Of a stretch of DNA of 64,000 nucleotides, positions 27,431 through 41,169 are shown piece by piece; position 1 is the stretch's first letter, and the number at the start of each line of letters is the position of its first letter. The stretch lies in the NCBI GenBank assembly GCA_965153355.1, contig OZ231126.1, forward strand, positions 30,938,001-31,002,000, given 5' to 3'. Source of the DNA: Flaccisagitta enflata (lineage: Eukaryota). Position numbers and translations under genes: made by a program. A model generated the notes under the pieces. The model was not told the DNA's origin. It searched no databases and saw nothing but the letters and a program-made list of their open reading frames with translations.

Positions 27431-28426
27431 GCACTTTGAAATGTTAACTCTCCATATACTTTGAGTAGGTGAAAAGAAAAAAGTTAACATAGAGGATCGC
27501 GGTTTTTTTTCAAGAAAACTAGACCATTGACCGCATTGGTTGGCAGTCTTTTTTTGCCTTATTATCGTCACATTACTCCAAAGTAAAAATTAATAAGCAA
27601 AATCTCAGTTTCTCTGATATGTGGTCGTAGACCTGATCTCACCTCTCAGTGGGGCACTTAATATTGGCGTTCTTTACCATTTTTGAAAGTAGAAACGCAG
27701 ATAAACGCAGTGGTGCAATCAGAATTTCAAAAAGTTATCATTTAGTATGTTTTTTAGCCAATTTAAAAAAAAAAATTCTCCTTTTTTCACTCAATTTCGA
27801 TTCCCCTTTTTTTGAACAACAACTTCCAGAGAGAGAACAGTTTGGTTGGCAAAGCTGGAAATCTCTCCAAATAAGGTTGAGGATAAGGGCTTTCCAATCG
27901 TGTATAAATGAAAGAAAAGTATGCTTCGGCATATTAGTAGTACTATGCCAAAGTTAAGCTATCGAATTTCTAGCATTGCTCTCTCTTTTTGAGTTCCCCT
28001 CATAGTTGACTCTCATTGGTTCGATCTCAACTGTTCCGATCTCGGATTGGCCGAGCGACTCTCATCATCATGAGAGCAAAACCTCGCTTCGAAGCTACAG
28101 ATAATCAATTCAACTTATTGAGTTCCACTCATGTAACACTTTTCTATAGCAAAATCCGTTACGGCTTGCCAGACTCTGGTGTCCTACAAATTATTTGAAG
28201 TTTTAGAGAAAGCTCTAGAGAGGAAACAGAAGGCCATGCGCGATTAGAAGGAAAAACAATGTTTTTTAACTACAATTTTTACACACTTGCATCACGTCTA
28301 TTGACTTGCAAAGTGTATGGTATCTTATTTTGGCTATTAGCTTTCATTTAAAAAAAAAATTGTGTGAATACTCGCCTCCATTCAAATTCTAGCAAATGTA
28401 GAAGAAAACTAAGACTAACATTACAG

Positions 28427-28486
28427 AGTGATCTGGGAATCATTCACCGTCTGAGGAATAAGGTTCTAGAGGGGTTCATCAAAAAG
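28427..28486 (+). CDS. candidate 60-nt exon (SDLGIIHRLRNKVLEGFIKK)
   Basis: CTAAC branch-like site, TTACAG acceptor and AAG|GTGAGT donor. Only one frame is open. Confidence 0.3.
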
Positions 28487-28758
28487 GTGAGTCCGGTGGC
28501 ACCTATCAAGTTGGGTCTTGAAATGTGCGCATTACCTTGGGGAATACTAATCCGGGCTTGTTAGACCCAATATCAGGTGCGTGTTCGAATGTCTCAAAAG
28601 AAAATTGCCCAAAATGGCCGTTTTTGGCGTTTTTGGCCTAAAACCCATCTTAAACTTGGGAATAAGCCTTGAAATTTCACATGCAAATGTATTGGAGCCT
28701 AATTAAGCTGTATGTAAAAAATTATGAGTCTGTGAAAATCTTAAGGTACCTACAGTAC

Positions 28759-29361
28759 CAGCGCCGTATGGGAGGCTATGAATTTGGGGGGTCCACCCCC
28801 AATTTGTGTCACGACAACATCTTAGTGTCCCAACTAACTATGATCTTTTGTCTCTATATGTATAGAGAACATTAATTTTTCGTGCATATCAGTAAAAGAA
28901 AGCCTTGTTTTAAATGTAAGAACAGTAGAAGATTTTTTTAAAAAATAAAGACACTTGGTTGTGAGCTCTCTTTTACTATTGTCATGGGTGGCGTTTTTCC
29001 TGCACTTAATGTAGGGTGAACATTGCGCTTTACGACATTTAGGAGTAAACCGAAATCATTGTCCAGCAGACATCTTTGGAAGAAAAGATTTAGATAATAC
29101 CAGTTTTTCATGATGGAGTAAATGGGTACAACGAAAAAAGGTTCAGAAATGAAGAAACACGCAAAATGATCGGTTTGAGTATTGCCACCTAAACAATGAG
29201 AGCCCGTATTTGTGAATGGCACAGTGGTGGCAGTCAATTCCATTAATCCCCTTTGTATCGGATTCAAAACAATCCTTCTATCTCCCCCCTCTCGGTCTTT
29301 CTCTCTTCCTCTCCTTTTCCGCTTGGTCTTTCTCTCTCTCTCTCCTCTACCGCTTGGTCTT

Positions 29362-29422
<61 letters not shown>

Positions 29423-29485
29423 GGGTGTGTGTCCCGACAAGGTGCCGCCATGGCGGCCCTGGCGGCCCCTTGCCATACGGCCCTG
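28759..29485. mobile_element. hAT-like MITE nested in the Tc1-like MITE terminus
   Basis: CAGCGCCGTATGG ... CCATACGGCCCTG, 8-bp TSD TACAGTAC. Confidence 0.85.
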
Positions 29486-29655
29486 TACAGTACCATAGGA
29501 GCAATGAGAACCTCAGATGGAGGGTCATTTCCTGCTTCACTATTCTAATGAAGTAGCTTCAATTATGGTTTTTCTGAAAGCTGATGAGCAAGAGCTTTGA
29601 GTGAATATAGTTTTATTCCTCTAGCTCTAACTGTTGACCAAAAAGAAAAAAAGTG

Positions 29656-29745
29656 CAGCACCACTCGGGATTTGAACCTGTGACACTGAAGAGGGAGAAA
29701 TTATCTTTCTCAAGTTCATCACTCTATCAATAGAGCTATCACGCC
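29656..29745 (-). pseudogene. tRNA-derived sequence inside the MITE
   Basis: A-box-like TAGCTCTATTG and B-box GGTTCAAATCCC. The acceptor stem does not pair. Confidence 0.5.
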
Positions 29746-31718
29746 ACATGCAATTTGAAGACATCAATTGGCGGTTTTGTTATGAATCACTTGGTTTGGA
29801 ATTTTGTGTTCACTCAATACCTTGGACCATCAGCTTTCAGAAAAACCAAAGCTTTAGGTTCTTCCTTTAAACAGTGAGAATATAGAGGGCCCTCTTTCTA
29901 CTGCTCTTATTGCTCCCATCGTACTGTAAATTTTGAAAAAACAGTTTTTTTGTGATTTTTTTTTAAATGTCGTTACCCCCCCCCAAAAGTTGACCGATTT
30001 GGACAAAATTTTTACTGAAGGTACTTCACATTATGGACTACCTCCATGTAGAATTTCATCAAAATCGGAGCACTTTAGGCACCAAAAATTGTGTTCGAAA
30101 ATCCAAAATTCTGGGAAAAAAAAACCAAAAATCGTCTTTGAGCCTGAGACATTGCCATAATATGGCAGGCACCTATGAACCAATGGCCAAAATTCCTTTA
30201 GGGGACTCTTGGTGATGCCCAAAAAAATTTGGTATCCCTGAGAGCCTTTTTTGGGTGTCAAATAACAATTTAGTGAAGACCGTAAAACCAAAAATCGCGA
30301 AAATGGCCTATTTTTGGCTTTTTTTCAACCTGTAACCTAAAAAGAAGGTGAAATATGGCCCTGAAATTTGAAATGCACATGTATTAGACCCTGAATCTTT
30401 TTTGTCAAAGAAATTTTGTTTTTGAAAATTTTAAGGTACCTTAATTTTGAAAAAACGGCTATTTTGCAATTTTTTTAAAGAAAAAAAATGTTGTTACCCC
30501 CCCCTAAAAATTGACCGATTTGGACAAAATTTTTACCGGAGGTACTTCACATTATGAACTACCTCCATGTAAAATTTCATCAAAATCGGAGCACTTTAAG
30601 TACCAAAAATTGCGTTCGAAAATCCAAAATTCTGGAAAAAAAAAAAACAAAAATCGTCTTTGAGCCTGAGACATTGCCATAATATGGCAGGCACCTATGA
30701 ACCATGGGCCAAAATTCCTTTAGAAGACTCTTGGTGATGCCCAGAAAAAATTTGGTGGCCCTGAGAGCCTTTTTTGGGTGTCAAATAACAATTTAGGGAA
30801 GACCGTAAAACCAAAGATTGCAAAAATGGCCAATACGCTTAGAAGCCATGGACCAAAGTCAAAGAACCGCTCATCACAGTATGCTAGAATGTGTATATAC
30901 GTGGCAGAGGCCCAGGAAAAAAGTTTCATAAGCATCAGAGACCTTGAACCATCGGCAGCGAGCATATTTATGATAAAAATGAAATTAAATACTAACTTAT
31001 TTACATTCAATTAACTTTTTTTGCATTTTTTATCTAACATTTATTCTTCACGTTTCAGCTAAGCGTTTTTAGACATGTGTTACTCGACTCTTCACCCCGC
31101 TTTGTCCATCTGTTGGTCGGTTGGTCGGTCGGTTGGTACCTTTTTTACTTTTTCGGCGTTTTTTAGCATTTTGAGCTAACTGCTCCTGCCCAAATGCCCC
31201 AGTAACCTTATCTATCAATGCCCCTGCCCACCCGCACGCGACTAGGGTAGCCGTATATCTGGCCTGGTTATGTCTTTAACTGCAACAACATAAGAGGCTC
31301 TGTCAGTGCATCCGTCCGTTTGACCTTTGGTTTGTTAAGCTCCAGTGAAAAAATCAATGAAATCCACCAGAATCACTTGAAATTCTCATGCGGGAAATTC
31401 AAATCATTCTTCATCTCATCTCACTCATTCATTCATTCATTCATTCTTTTATTCATTTGACAACATTCATCATTCATTGCCTTCATACATTCATCATGGT
31501 AATTGATTCATAACATTCCAACTATCCACACTTATTCATTCTTAATTCATTATTCATAAATTCTCATTCATTGTTAATTGATTCATGCATTCATTACACG
31601 TGTACTTCATCAATGCAGTTGTCCACTGACCTGAGATACACTGTTTGATCGAAAAACTTAACTTACTTTCCCAATCTTCCTTCAATCATTTTATTCCTCT
31701 TCCCTGTTTTGGATGGTG

Positions 31719-32075
31719 GTATGCCAAAACCACCCATAGTGTTGGTGATTTAGGTGTTTGAGTGGTTTTTTGGGTGTCGGTGATGGTGGTTTGGGGGTTT
31801 TGGGTGGTGGTTGGGTATATAATGCCTCTAGTATGCCAAAACCACCCATAGTGTTGGTGATTCAGGTGTTTGGGTGATCTAAGGGGTGTCGTTGATGGTG
31901 ATTTGGGGGTTTTGGGTTGTGGTTAAGTATATAACGCCGCTAGTATGCCAAAACCACCCATAGTGTTGGTGATTTAGGTGTTTGGGTGGTTTTAAGGGTG
32001 TCGGTGATGGTGATTTGGGGGTTTTGGGTGGTGGTTGGGTATGTAATGTCTCTAGTATGCCAAACTCACCCATAG
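31719..32075. repeat. ~112-bp tandem repeat, about 3 units
   Basis: GTATGCCAAAACCACCCATAGTG recurs at about 31720, 31831, 31944 and 32056. Confidence 0.9.
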
Positions 32076-34846
32076 TGCGAATCGACCGACAGACATAGCA
32101 GGCTTTAGAGTCGCGTGCACGCGACTAAAGAGTAACAACTATATTTGGCAGTTCACAGATCATTTTTTCTTTGCTTGACCCAGATACACGTTAATCTATG
32201 CACCTTTGAGGATTAAACCTCATTTTTAGTCGCATGCATGCGACCTAATAACCCGCTATGTCGGTTGTTCCTTTTCTCAGTTTCTCCATCTGCCCGTTCT
32301 GTCCATCCGTTTGGCCGGCCGGCCGCTCATCCCTCCATCTGTCCGTCCATCTGTCAGTCCATCTGTCCTTCCTTCCGTCCATCACCAGCAGCTTTTTCGG
32401 CGTTTAGGAGCGGTTTTTGCATTACTACTCCTGCCCAATAGCTTGGGTTAGCCTTTTCATCACTGCCCCTGCCCCACCCACACGCCACTTCGATAGCTGT
32501 GACGGCCTTGTTAGTTGCGGACATGCAATTGTATACGAGACTTCATACGTCCAATGGCCTGTCAGTCCGTAACGCACAAGTCAAAAAGTCGGGAAATGAA
32601 TGTTTCATAGGTTTTTTTATTGGTGTGTATAAGTTAAAGGAAGTAGGCGCGGGGTGTTGATTGGGGTCAGGTGCCCCTGCACACCTACCTGTAACAATAA
32701 TGTAATCCCACGTCACTTGTTTACTGTTTTGAAGAACTTTATGATTGTAATTAGAAAAAAATGACCAGGGAAAAAGTTGTTCTGCATGTTTTTGACCTTG
32801 ATAAGCCCGCTGCCGATGGCTTTTGGTCACTGAGGGTCATGAAACTTTGCATTTTGTTTTAATTCGCACATATCAACATGCGCTCATACTGCGATTGGGG
32901 GTCTGACAACTTTGGTCAATTCCTGCTACGCGTAATGGCCAATTTTAGGCCTTTTTTCAACCTGTAACCTAAAAAAAAGTTGAAATATGGCCCTGAAATT
33001 TCAAAAAGCACATGTATTAGACCCTACTGATGCTTTTTTGTAAAAAAAATTAAGTTTTTGAAAATTTTAAGGTACCTTAATTTTGAAAAAAACGGCTATT
33101 TCGCGATTTCTTAAAAGAAAAAAAATGTTGTTACCCCCCTAAAAGTTGACCAATTTGGACCTGAGAGTCTTTTTTGGGTGTCAGATAACAATCTAGCGAA
33201 GACTGTAATACAAAAAATCGGGAAAACGGTCAATTTTAGGCCTTTTTCAACCTGTAACCTAGATAAAAGTTGAAATATAGCCAAAAAATTTCAAATGCAC
33301 ATGTATTAGACCCTACCGAATTTTATTTTTTAAATTTTGATTTTGAAAATTTTAAGGTACCTTACTTTTTAAAAAAACAGCTTTTTCGCATTTTTTAAAA
33401 GAAAAAAAATGTTGACTGACTTTGTCAAAATTTTTACTGAGGTACTTCACAGTATGGACTACCTCCATGTAGGATTTCATCAAAATTGGAGCACTGTAAG
33501 TACTGAAAATTGTGTTCAAAAATCCAAAATTTGAGGAAAAAAAATCAAGAATCGTCTTTGACCCTGAGACATTGCCATAATGTGGCAGGCACTTATGAAC
33601 CATGGGCCAAAATTCCTTTTGGAGACTCTTGGTAATACCCAAGAAAAAAAAAGACCATTTTAGACCATTTTTCAACTTTTTTAAAGGTTACAGGTTGATA
33701 AAAAGCCTAATCGATTTTTGGTTTTATGGTCTTCACTAAATTGTCATTTGACACCAAAAAAAAAGGCTCTCAGGGCCACCAAATTTTTTTTGGGTATCAT
33801 CAAGATTCCCCTAAAGGAATTTTGGGCCATGGTTTATTTGCGTGCTTCGCATAGCAAAATTTTCGCCCTCTTTACCTAATGTGGAGTGACCAATTTTAGG
33901 ACCCTTACCAATTTTGTTTTATCAAAAATCGTTCATCTTTGGTTTTTTAGAAAATTGCTTTTGAGGACCTAATTTGCATAATACAGTGGGATAAAACAAT
34001 ATGCTGACATTGTTTGAATCAGCTTTCATAATTCTTTACTCTTCATAGAATTGCAATACTGCCTTTTCATTTGCTCTTTCATAATTTATGTTTTGATATT
34101 TTAGTTTATTTTTATATATATCATGATTTTTTAAAACAAATAATTATCCTTTTTGTAACAAAACTACACAGGATTCTGCTGAATTCTGGGAAATCAGTGG
34201 AAACTTTAAGGCCAAAACAAAAACGGAAGATGAAGGAATTTTGAAAAAAGGAAAATGGTCATCTTCATGATTTTTGCTCCTCCATGTTACCTAAGTAGGG
34301 TGTAGGGGGAAGGTGAAGCACCCAAATGGTTTATAGGTGCCTGCCATATTATGGCAATGTCTCAGGCTCAAAGACGATTTTTGGTTTTTTTTTTCACAAA
34401 TTATGGATTTTTGAACATATTTTTTGGTACTTAAAGTGCTCTGATTTAGATGAAATTTTACATGGAGGTAGTCCATAATGTAGAGTACCTCCAGTACAGA
34501 TTTTGTCCAAATCGGTCCAAATCGGTCAACTATTAGGAAGGTAACAACATTTTTTTTTTAAAAATCGCAAAAAAAAAATGTTTTTTTTTTCAATATTTAG
34601 GCAGATGATGAAGGCAAAGGGAGATGTGTGAAAGAGATTTTCACTGTACAAGGGTTTTGAAAGATGCATTTTGACCCTCTTATTTGTGTTTTTATTTGTA
34701 TCTTATTTGTTCAATTATTTGTATAATTTCAATTCATATATACATTTATTTTCATTTGTAATGCTAATTTAAACATACATTTTAAGTTTCATCATCTTTA
34801 ATGATTCCTTGATGTGAATTTCACTCTCAAAAATTTCTTTCAAATT

Positions 34847-34917
34847 GAGCTTCAGCGGGATTCGGACCTCAAGTCTTGCGTCCAAAGTCTGCCACTCTAC
34901 CACTACACTACCGGGAC
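34847..34917 (-). pseudogene. tRNA-derived (Gln-like) degenerate sequence
   Basis: TAGTGTAGTGGT A-box, CTTTGGA loop, GGTCCGAATCCC B-box-like. Stems are degenerate. Confidence 0.45.
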
Positions 34918-35208
34918 AGCCGATGGCAATGGGAGTGAAAATGTTCATATTCTAAAATCATGACCAGAGGACCAGAAAAAAAAGTTGAGGCACAATGCGC
35001 AAAGCGCACTGCGCCTCAATCAGTTGGAAATCTTTTATGTACTGTTGCGTTGCACTGTCTATCCTTCAATTTGTCCGTCTAGCCTTCCTATGCTGAAAAA
35101 ATCATCAATTTTGATGATAGGATGCGTTACTCTGTTCTGTTCCAATGGGCTTGGACTGGTCTCTATGAAAAGCTAAACTTGCTGGGAATATGACGGCCTA
35201 AACACAAG

Positions 35209-35376
<168 letters not shown>

Positions 35377-35869
35377 CAGTGAAAGAGGTGATCTGGCAAA
35401 TCTTTAAGAAATACGAAATCCTTTGGAATGTCTATCTTAACATTTATTCATTTCACATGTTAATGGTCAGAATAACAAAATTCCAATTATATCGATATGA
35501 AGCTTTAAGAAATGCTTTTATGGTTTGTTGAGTGACAGTTCCACAGCACAAGAAATCGCCGGTAAACTTGTAAACTTGTACTTGTTTTAGGGTGTAGAAA
35601 TGGTTTGCAATCGCAGCGTTTCAATCTTTCCTCTGTTCGTACATCCAGTGCCTGATTGAAAAAAAGAGAATGACAAAAAAGTGTGAAAGGCAGTGATTGA
35701 TTATGATCAAGGTCGGAAACATGTTATTAACCCTTATCTCATACAGGTGGTCAGTGGCGCGGTGATGTTAACAGGATGTGCAGAGAAATCTGCACTGGTT
35801 CATAATTCTGAGTCAACTTACTCACTGATCTTAAACAAATTAGGCTATGAACCCCAGATAAGACGCATT

Positions 35870-38800
35870 GTAATTTTAGGCCTGAGGGGGGGGACGAACG
35901 GACGAACGAACGAACGAACGGACTAACGAAAGTCCCCTGTATTCTACAGGACTTCATCCCCTTCAGGGCCGCTGCCCAAAAAGGCAAATTGGAGGTCTTG
36001 AAGAGCTGATTTGAGGCTTGAGAGGGCTGATTTTAGGCCTGAGAAGGTTGATTGGAGGTTTAGAAGAGCTAATTCGAGGCCTGAAAGGGCTGATTTCAGG
36101 CTCAAAGGGGAGGGGGGACAGGAATAAACGGAGAAATTGACCTGTGTGGAATAATAGGTCATCAACCCCTCCAGGGCCGCTGCCCAAAAAGAGAACACAG
36201 GGGGACTTTCGTTCGTTTGTTCGTTCATTCGTCCCTCTGTCCGTCTATACATTTGTCCGTACGTCCGTACGTCCCCCCTGAAGCTTCTCAATTCTCAAAT
36301 TCCCATTGAATAACATAGGAAAATGACAAAATGCAAACTTCCCATTGAATAACATGGAAAATTTACAAAAAAAAATTTGAAAAATGCAAATTTCCCATCG
36401 ACAACATTGACAAACAGGTCGCCTGAGGGCAATGTGTGGTCAGCGATACCCGTTGCCCTGCTTAGTGTGTTTGTGACTATAGGTGATGGTTAGCAGGGCA
36501 GCGGCCCTGAAGGGGACAATGTCCTGTTGAACACAGGGGGACTTTCATGCGTTCGTTTGTTTGTTGAAGCTGGGATTTAAGCCTCAAGGCTGAGATTTAA
36601 GCATTAAGGCAGGGATTAAAGCCTTGAGGATAGGACTCCAGCCTCAACGCTGAGATTTGAGCCTCGAGGCTGGGATTTAAGCCTCAACGCTGAGATTTGA
36701 GACTCGAGGCTGGAATTGAGCCTCGAGGCTGGGATTTAGGCCTCAAGGCTGGGATTTAGGCCTCAAGGCTGGGATTTAGGCCTCAAGGCTGGGATTTTAG
36801 CCTCAAGGCTGGGATTTTAGCCTCAAGTCTGGAATCTGAGCCTCAAGGCTGGAATTTGAGCCTCAAGGCTGGGATTTAAGCCTTGAGAATGGGATTTGAG
36901 CGGAGAGGCTATGATTTGAGCCAAGAGGCAGGGATTTGAGCCTCGAGGCTGGGGGGGGGGACGAACAAAAGGAGAAACAAACGAACGAAGAAAAGTCCCC
37001 CTGTGTTCTACAGGACATCGTCCCCTTCCGGGCCGCTGCCCAATAATGCAAAATTCCAATTGAATAACATGAAAATTGATAAAAAAAAAATTTTAAACAT
37101 GAAATTCTCATTAAATAACATGGAAAATTGACAAGAAATTGTAAAAAAATATATGACTCCCATTGAATATTAAGGAAAAATGCCTCAAAGGCCTGAAATA
37201 TGCCCTCAGGACGTAAGGAAACTCACCCCTGTGTCCTACAGGACATCAGCCCTTTGGGGCCGCTGCCCTGCTCTCACTCCACTTCTTCAGCTGATCACTA
37301 AGCAGGGCATCGGGTACCACTGACCATGTGCAATCCTTGGATGACTCGTTCCTTTTTGGGCAGCGGCCCCAAAGGGCCAATGTCCTGTAGGACACAGGGG
37401 TAAATTTCCACATGTCCGTACGTCCATACACCCCCCCCTGCCCAAACATTCTCAAGCCTTAAATTACCATTGAATAACATGGGAAATTGACAAAATGCTA
37501 ATTTCCCATTAAATAACATTGATTTTTACAAGAAAGCAAAAAATGCACCTTATCTATTGAATAACATGGAAAATTGATGAAAAATTGAAAAATGCAAAAT
37601 TCTCATTCAATATCATGGAAAATTGCTACCAAGGCCTCAAATATGCCCTCTCAGGACGTATGGAACTTCACCCCTGTGTCCTACTCTCACTGCTCTCACT
37701 CCTTTTGGGCAGCGGTCCCAAAGGGGTCGATGACCTATGCTTTCACACATATGGGAATTTTCTCCTCCTCCTCCTCCTCCTCCTCCTCTTTCTCCTTCTC
37801 CTTCTCTGCCCCCTGCCCCAACCCAAATCCTACTATGAGGCCCAAATCCCAGTCTCGAAGCCTAATTCCCAGCCTCAAGGTCCAAATCCTATACTTAAAG
37901 TCCAATTCCCATTCTTGAGGCCAAAATCCCATCCTTGAGGCCCAAATCCCAGCCTTAAGACCCAAATCCCACTTTGAGGCCCAAATCCTAGCCTCGAGGC
38001 CTAAACCCCATCCTCAAGACCTATACTCAGGGCCCAAATCCTAGCCTGAAGGCCAAAATCATAGCCCCAAGGCCAAAATCCCAGTCTTAAGGCCCAAATC
38101 CCCACCCTAAATGCCAGCCCCAAGCCCTAAATCCAAGCCCTAAGGCCCCAATCCCAATTGCTGGGAGGAGAAAATTCCTCATATGTATGAAAGCATAGGT
38201 CATCGACCCCTTCAGGCCGCTGCCCTGCTCCCTCCCTCAACCTTAATCACAACCTACTTGGGCAGGGCACGGGTACCGCTGATCATCTGACGCTTTTGCG
38301 ACTTTAACTAATCACTCCAAGCAGGGCATCAGGTTCCGCTGACCATGTTCGATCCTTGGATGACTTGTGCTCCTTAAATTTTATCTTATTTTTAGTCGCG
38401 TGCTACGCAACTCTACACCTCTATGTTGGTCGGTCAGTCGGTTAGTCGGTTGGTTGGTTGGTCAGTTTGCCAGTCCCCTTTTTGGGCAGCGGCCCTGAAG
38501 GGGTGGATGACCTATGCTTTCACACATATGGGGGATTTTTTCCTCCTCCTTCTCCTTCTACGTCCCCCCCCCCCTCAAGGCCCAAATTCCAGTCTTGAGG
38601 CCCAAATCCCAGTCTTGAGGCCCAAATCCCAGCCTCAAGGCTCAAATCCTAGCCTCAAGGCCTAAATCCTAGCCTGGAGGCCCAGATTTCAGTCTTGAAG
38701 CCCAAATCTCAGCCTCTTGTTCAAGGTCTCAGCCAAGAGGTCCAGATCCTAGCGTTGAGGCCCAAATCTCAGCCTCAAGGCTAGGATTTTGGCCTTGAGG

Positions 38801-39182
38801 CTAGGATTTGGGCTATGAGGCTGGAATTTGGGCCTCAAGACTGGGATTTGAGTTTCAAGACTGGAATTTGGGCCTCGCGACTGGAATTTGGGCCTCAAGA
38901 CTGGGATGTGAGGGGGGACGTAGAAGAAGGAGAAAATCCTCCTTATGTGTGGAAGCATAGGTCATCGACCCTTTTGGGGCCGCTGCCCTGCTCTTCCCTC
39001 AACTTTAACCACAACCTACTTAAGCAGGGCACGGGTACCATCTAACGCTTTTGCAACTTACTTTTTTGGCGTTTTTGAGCTTTTTGAGCTTACTGCTCTT
39101 GCCCAAATGCTCTAGTGATCTTCTCCAGCACTGCACCTGCCCACCTGCACGCGACTGGGGTAGCCGTGTATCGGGCCTTGTT
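35870..39182. mobile_element. cluster of mutually nested GGGCAGCGG-family HINEs with 20-21-bp arrays
   Basis: At least 6 GGGCAGCGG/CCGCTGCCC termini. Arrays include GGCTGGGATTTAGGCCTCAA (36570-36950). Confidence 0.75.
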
Positions 39183-39247
39183 TTTTTCCATTTTGTCTTC
39201 CACCATGAAATATGACACATCAATTAGTGTCGAAAATTTGTGACTTA

Positions 39248-39964
39248 CATTTTTTTTTCTTATAAGCACGCTCTTTTTTTGGCTGAGGCTGAGCGTGCTT
39301 AGCAAAATATCATTTTCAAGGCTGAAAGGTGCTTAAAAGCGTGCTTATCATTTATCAGTAAGTAATCGGTAAGTAATCGGTAAGTATAGAAGGAAGTACA
39401 CAGTAGGTTATAGAAAACTGTATAGCATAGAGTATTGTGTAGTAAAGAATAAAGTATAGTATAAAGTGTAGTACAAGATATAGTAAGAAATGTATATTGC
39501 TTGAAAAAAAAATACAATATCTTTCGTTGACATTGTCCTTCTTTAATACACCATGGAATGAGATTAATATCTTGATTAAATATTTTTTTCAATGTTTTCA
39601 ATGTTGTGTGGAATTATGATATATTGTTATTTTTGGTGGTCCTTGCTACAGCAATAAATTCTTATTAACAATAGTATCTAAGCAAAACTATTTTTAAATA
39701 TTATTAGAAATCCAATTATTTCTATTAGTATCAAAATCCTGAATGTATTGACAGATTAGTATTGAAGATAATTTCAATTTCTATCAAAGTTTCCATTGGT
39801 TTTTGTGAAATTCTAAACAAAAATGTCTAAGAATAGCATATTTTGGGAAATTAAAATTTTGAATTGGAAATCTCAGCCTGGAGCGTGCTTAGCAATGTGC
39901 TTAAATTTTCCAAATATCTGAGGCTGGGCGTGCTTATAAACGAGGTGCTTATAAAAAAAAAGTG
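39248..39964. mobile_element. Tc1/pogo-like MITE, TA TSD
   Basis: CATTTTTTTTTCTTATAAGCAC ... GTGCTTATAAAAAAAAAGTG, flanked by TA. Confidence 0.75.
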
Positions 39965-41078
39965 TACTTGTCAATTCATAAATTATTCCTCACAACTAAT
40001 TAATTTTCACTGTAAGTCGCCACTTTTCGGTCAGTTGATCAGTCACTATTGTTAAGTAAGCATATTTTGTGCCGTGCTGCCCCTGCAAAAGTACTTGACT
40101 AGACCCTTACATCTCTGCCACTGCAAAACAGTCGCTGACATTTGGGCTGTAATACAAACAAGGGCGGTTACATGGCAATCCATTTGCGGACAGTTGGGCA
40201 GGAGCAGTAATGCAAAAACCACTTGCGATTCAAAATTATTTTGGACGGATGGATCGACAGACCAACCAACAAGGCGAAGTGTAAAGTTGCGTGTCCGCGA
40301 CTAAAATTTGAAATTCAAAGATATTTGTTACAGACCGACCCACTGACCGACACGGCAAGGAGTAGAGTCGCGTGTCCGCGACTAAAAATGGTCGGTACAT
40401 GCGGGTTTCCTTTAAACTTGGGTTCGTTATTGCAAAGTTAAAACTGTTTTTATTTACTCTGATAGGATTGTGGATGCCAAGCACATTGATAGCAAAATAT
40501 TGTGGCGCAACATAAAGCAGAGAGATTCGTGCTGAACCCTTGTTAGTTTCAATGCTCGGTTCAGACGCATGAAACTCAACCATGAGTCCTTTGCGTGCGT
40601 GCGTGCGTGCGTGCGTGCATGCGTGTGTCCGTGTGCGTGTTGGTGTGTATGTGTGCGTTGGTGTGTATGTGTGTGCGTGTGTGTTGGTGTGTGTGTGTGT
40701 GTGTGTGTGTGTTTGTGTTTTCGTGTGTTGGTGTGTGTGTGTGTGTTGGTGTGTGTGTGTGTATTGGTGTGTGTGTGCGTTGGTATGTGTGTTGGTGTGT
40801 GTGTGTGTGTGTGCATCTTCTTCCATGAGCTGTAAAGGTTTTTTTATCAGCTTAAGGTTTTTTTATCAGCTTAAGGTTTTTACTCGCAGACTTGCTCTTC
40901 TATAAGAGGCTTTGTCCATCCGTTGATCCCGTCCTTAAAACACTCATGCATGATCATGTTGAAGTTGAAAACGCGAATTTAAGATGCTGCAATTATGATT
41001 GTATACACATGCAGGTGTAATGGGTGGGCAGTACTACCTTGCCCTCCACTCCCCCCCTCACGGCAATATCGTTGTTAC

Positions 41079-41169
41079 CTGCTCATTGCACAGCATTCTT
41101 TTTTTTGTTCATTGTTGCTGCAGCGCTTCCAACTTTGGCCAATTCTTGCTCATGTTCAATCGCAGCCTG
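41079..41169 (-). CDS. candidate exon (QAAIEHEQELAKVGSAAATMNKKRMLCNEQ)
   Basis: Open frame ending CAG|GTAAC. The acceptor position is uncertain. Confidence 0.25.

Larger units (their letters stand above)
28753..29926. mobile_element. Tc1/mariner-like MITE (CAGTAC...GTACTG, TA TSD)
   Basis: TIR CAGTACCATAGGAGCAATGAGA / CTCTTATTGCTCCCATCGTACTG. The empty site GGTACCTAAATTTTG is seen inverted near 42905-42920. Confidence 0.8.
28600..30833 (+). repeat. ~520-bp tandem-unit repeat family (further copies at 32935-33835, 34325-34600, and inverted at 41900-43075)
   Basis: TTGACCGATTTGGACAAAATTTTTAC recurs about 520 bp apart (near 29990 and 30511). The 41900-43170 copy runs into a HINE terminus. Confidence 0.8.

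Noticed and set aside
29581-29610. CTGATGAG as a hammerhead core (also 63268 and, on the minus strand, 49786 and 23189)
   Set aside because: None has a stem II followed by GAAA. The sites fall in MITE, exon or unassigned sequence.
34847-34917. Functional tRNA genes (here and at 29656-29745)
   Set aside because: The acceptor and anticodon stems do not pair, so these are tRNA-derived remnants.
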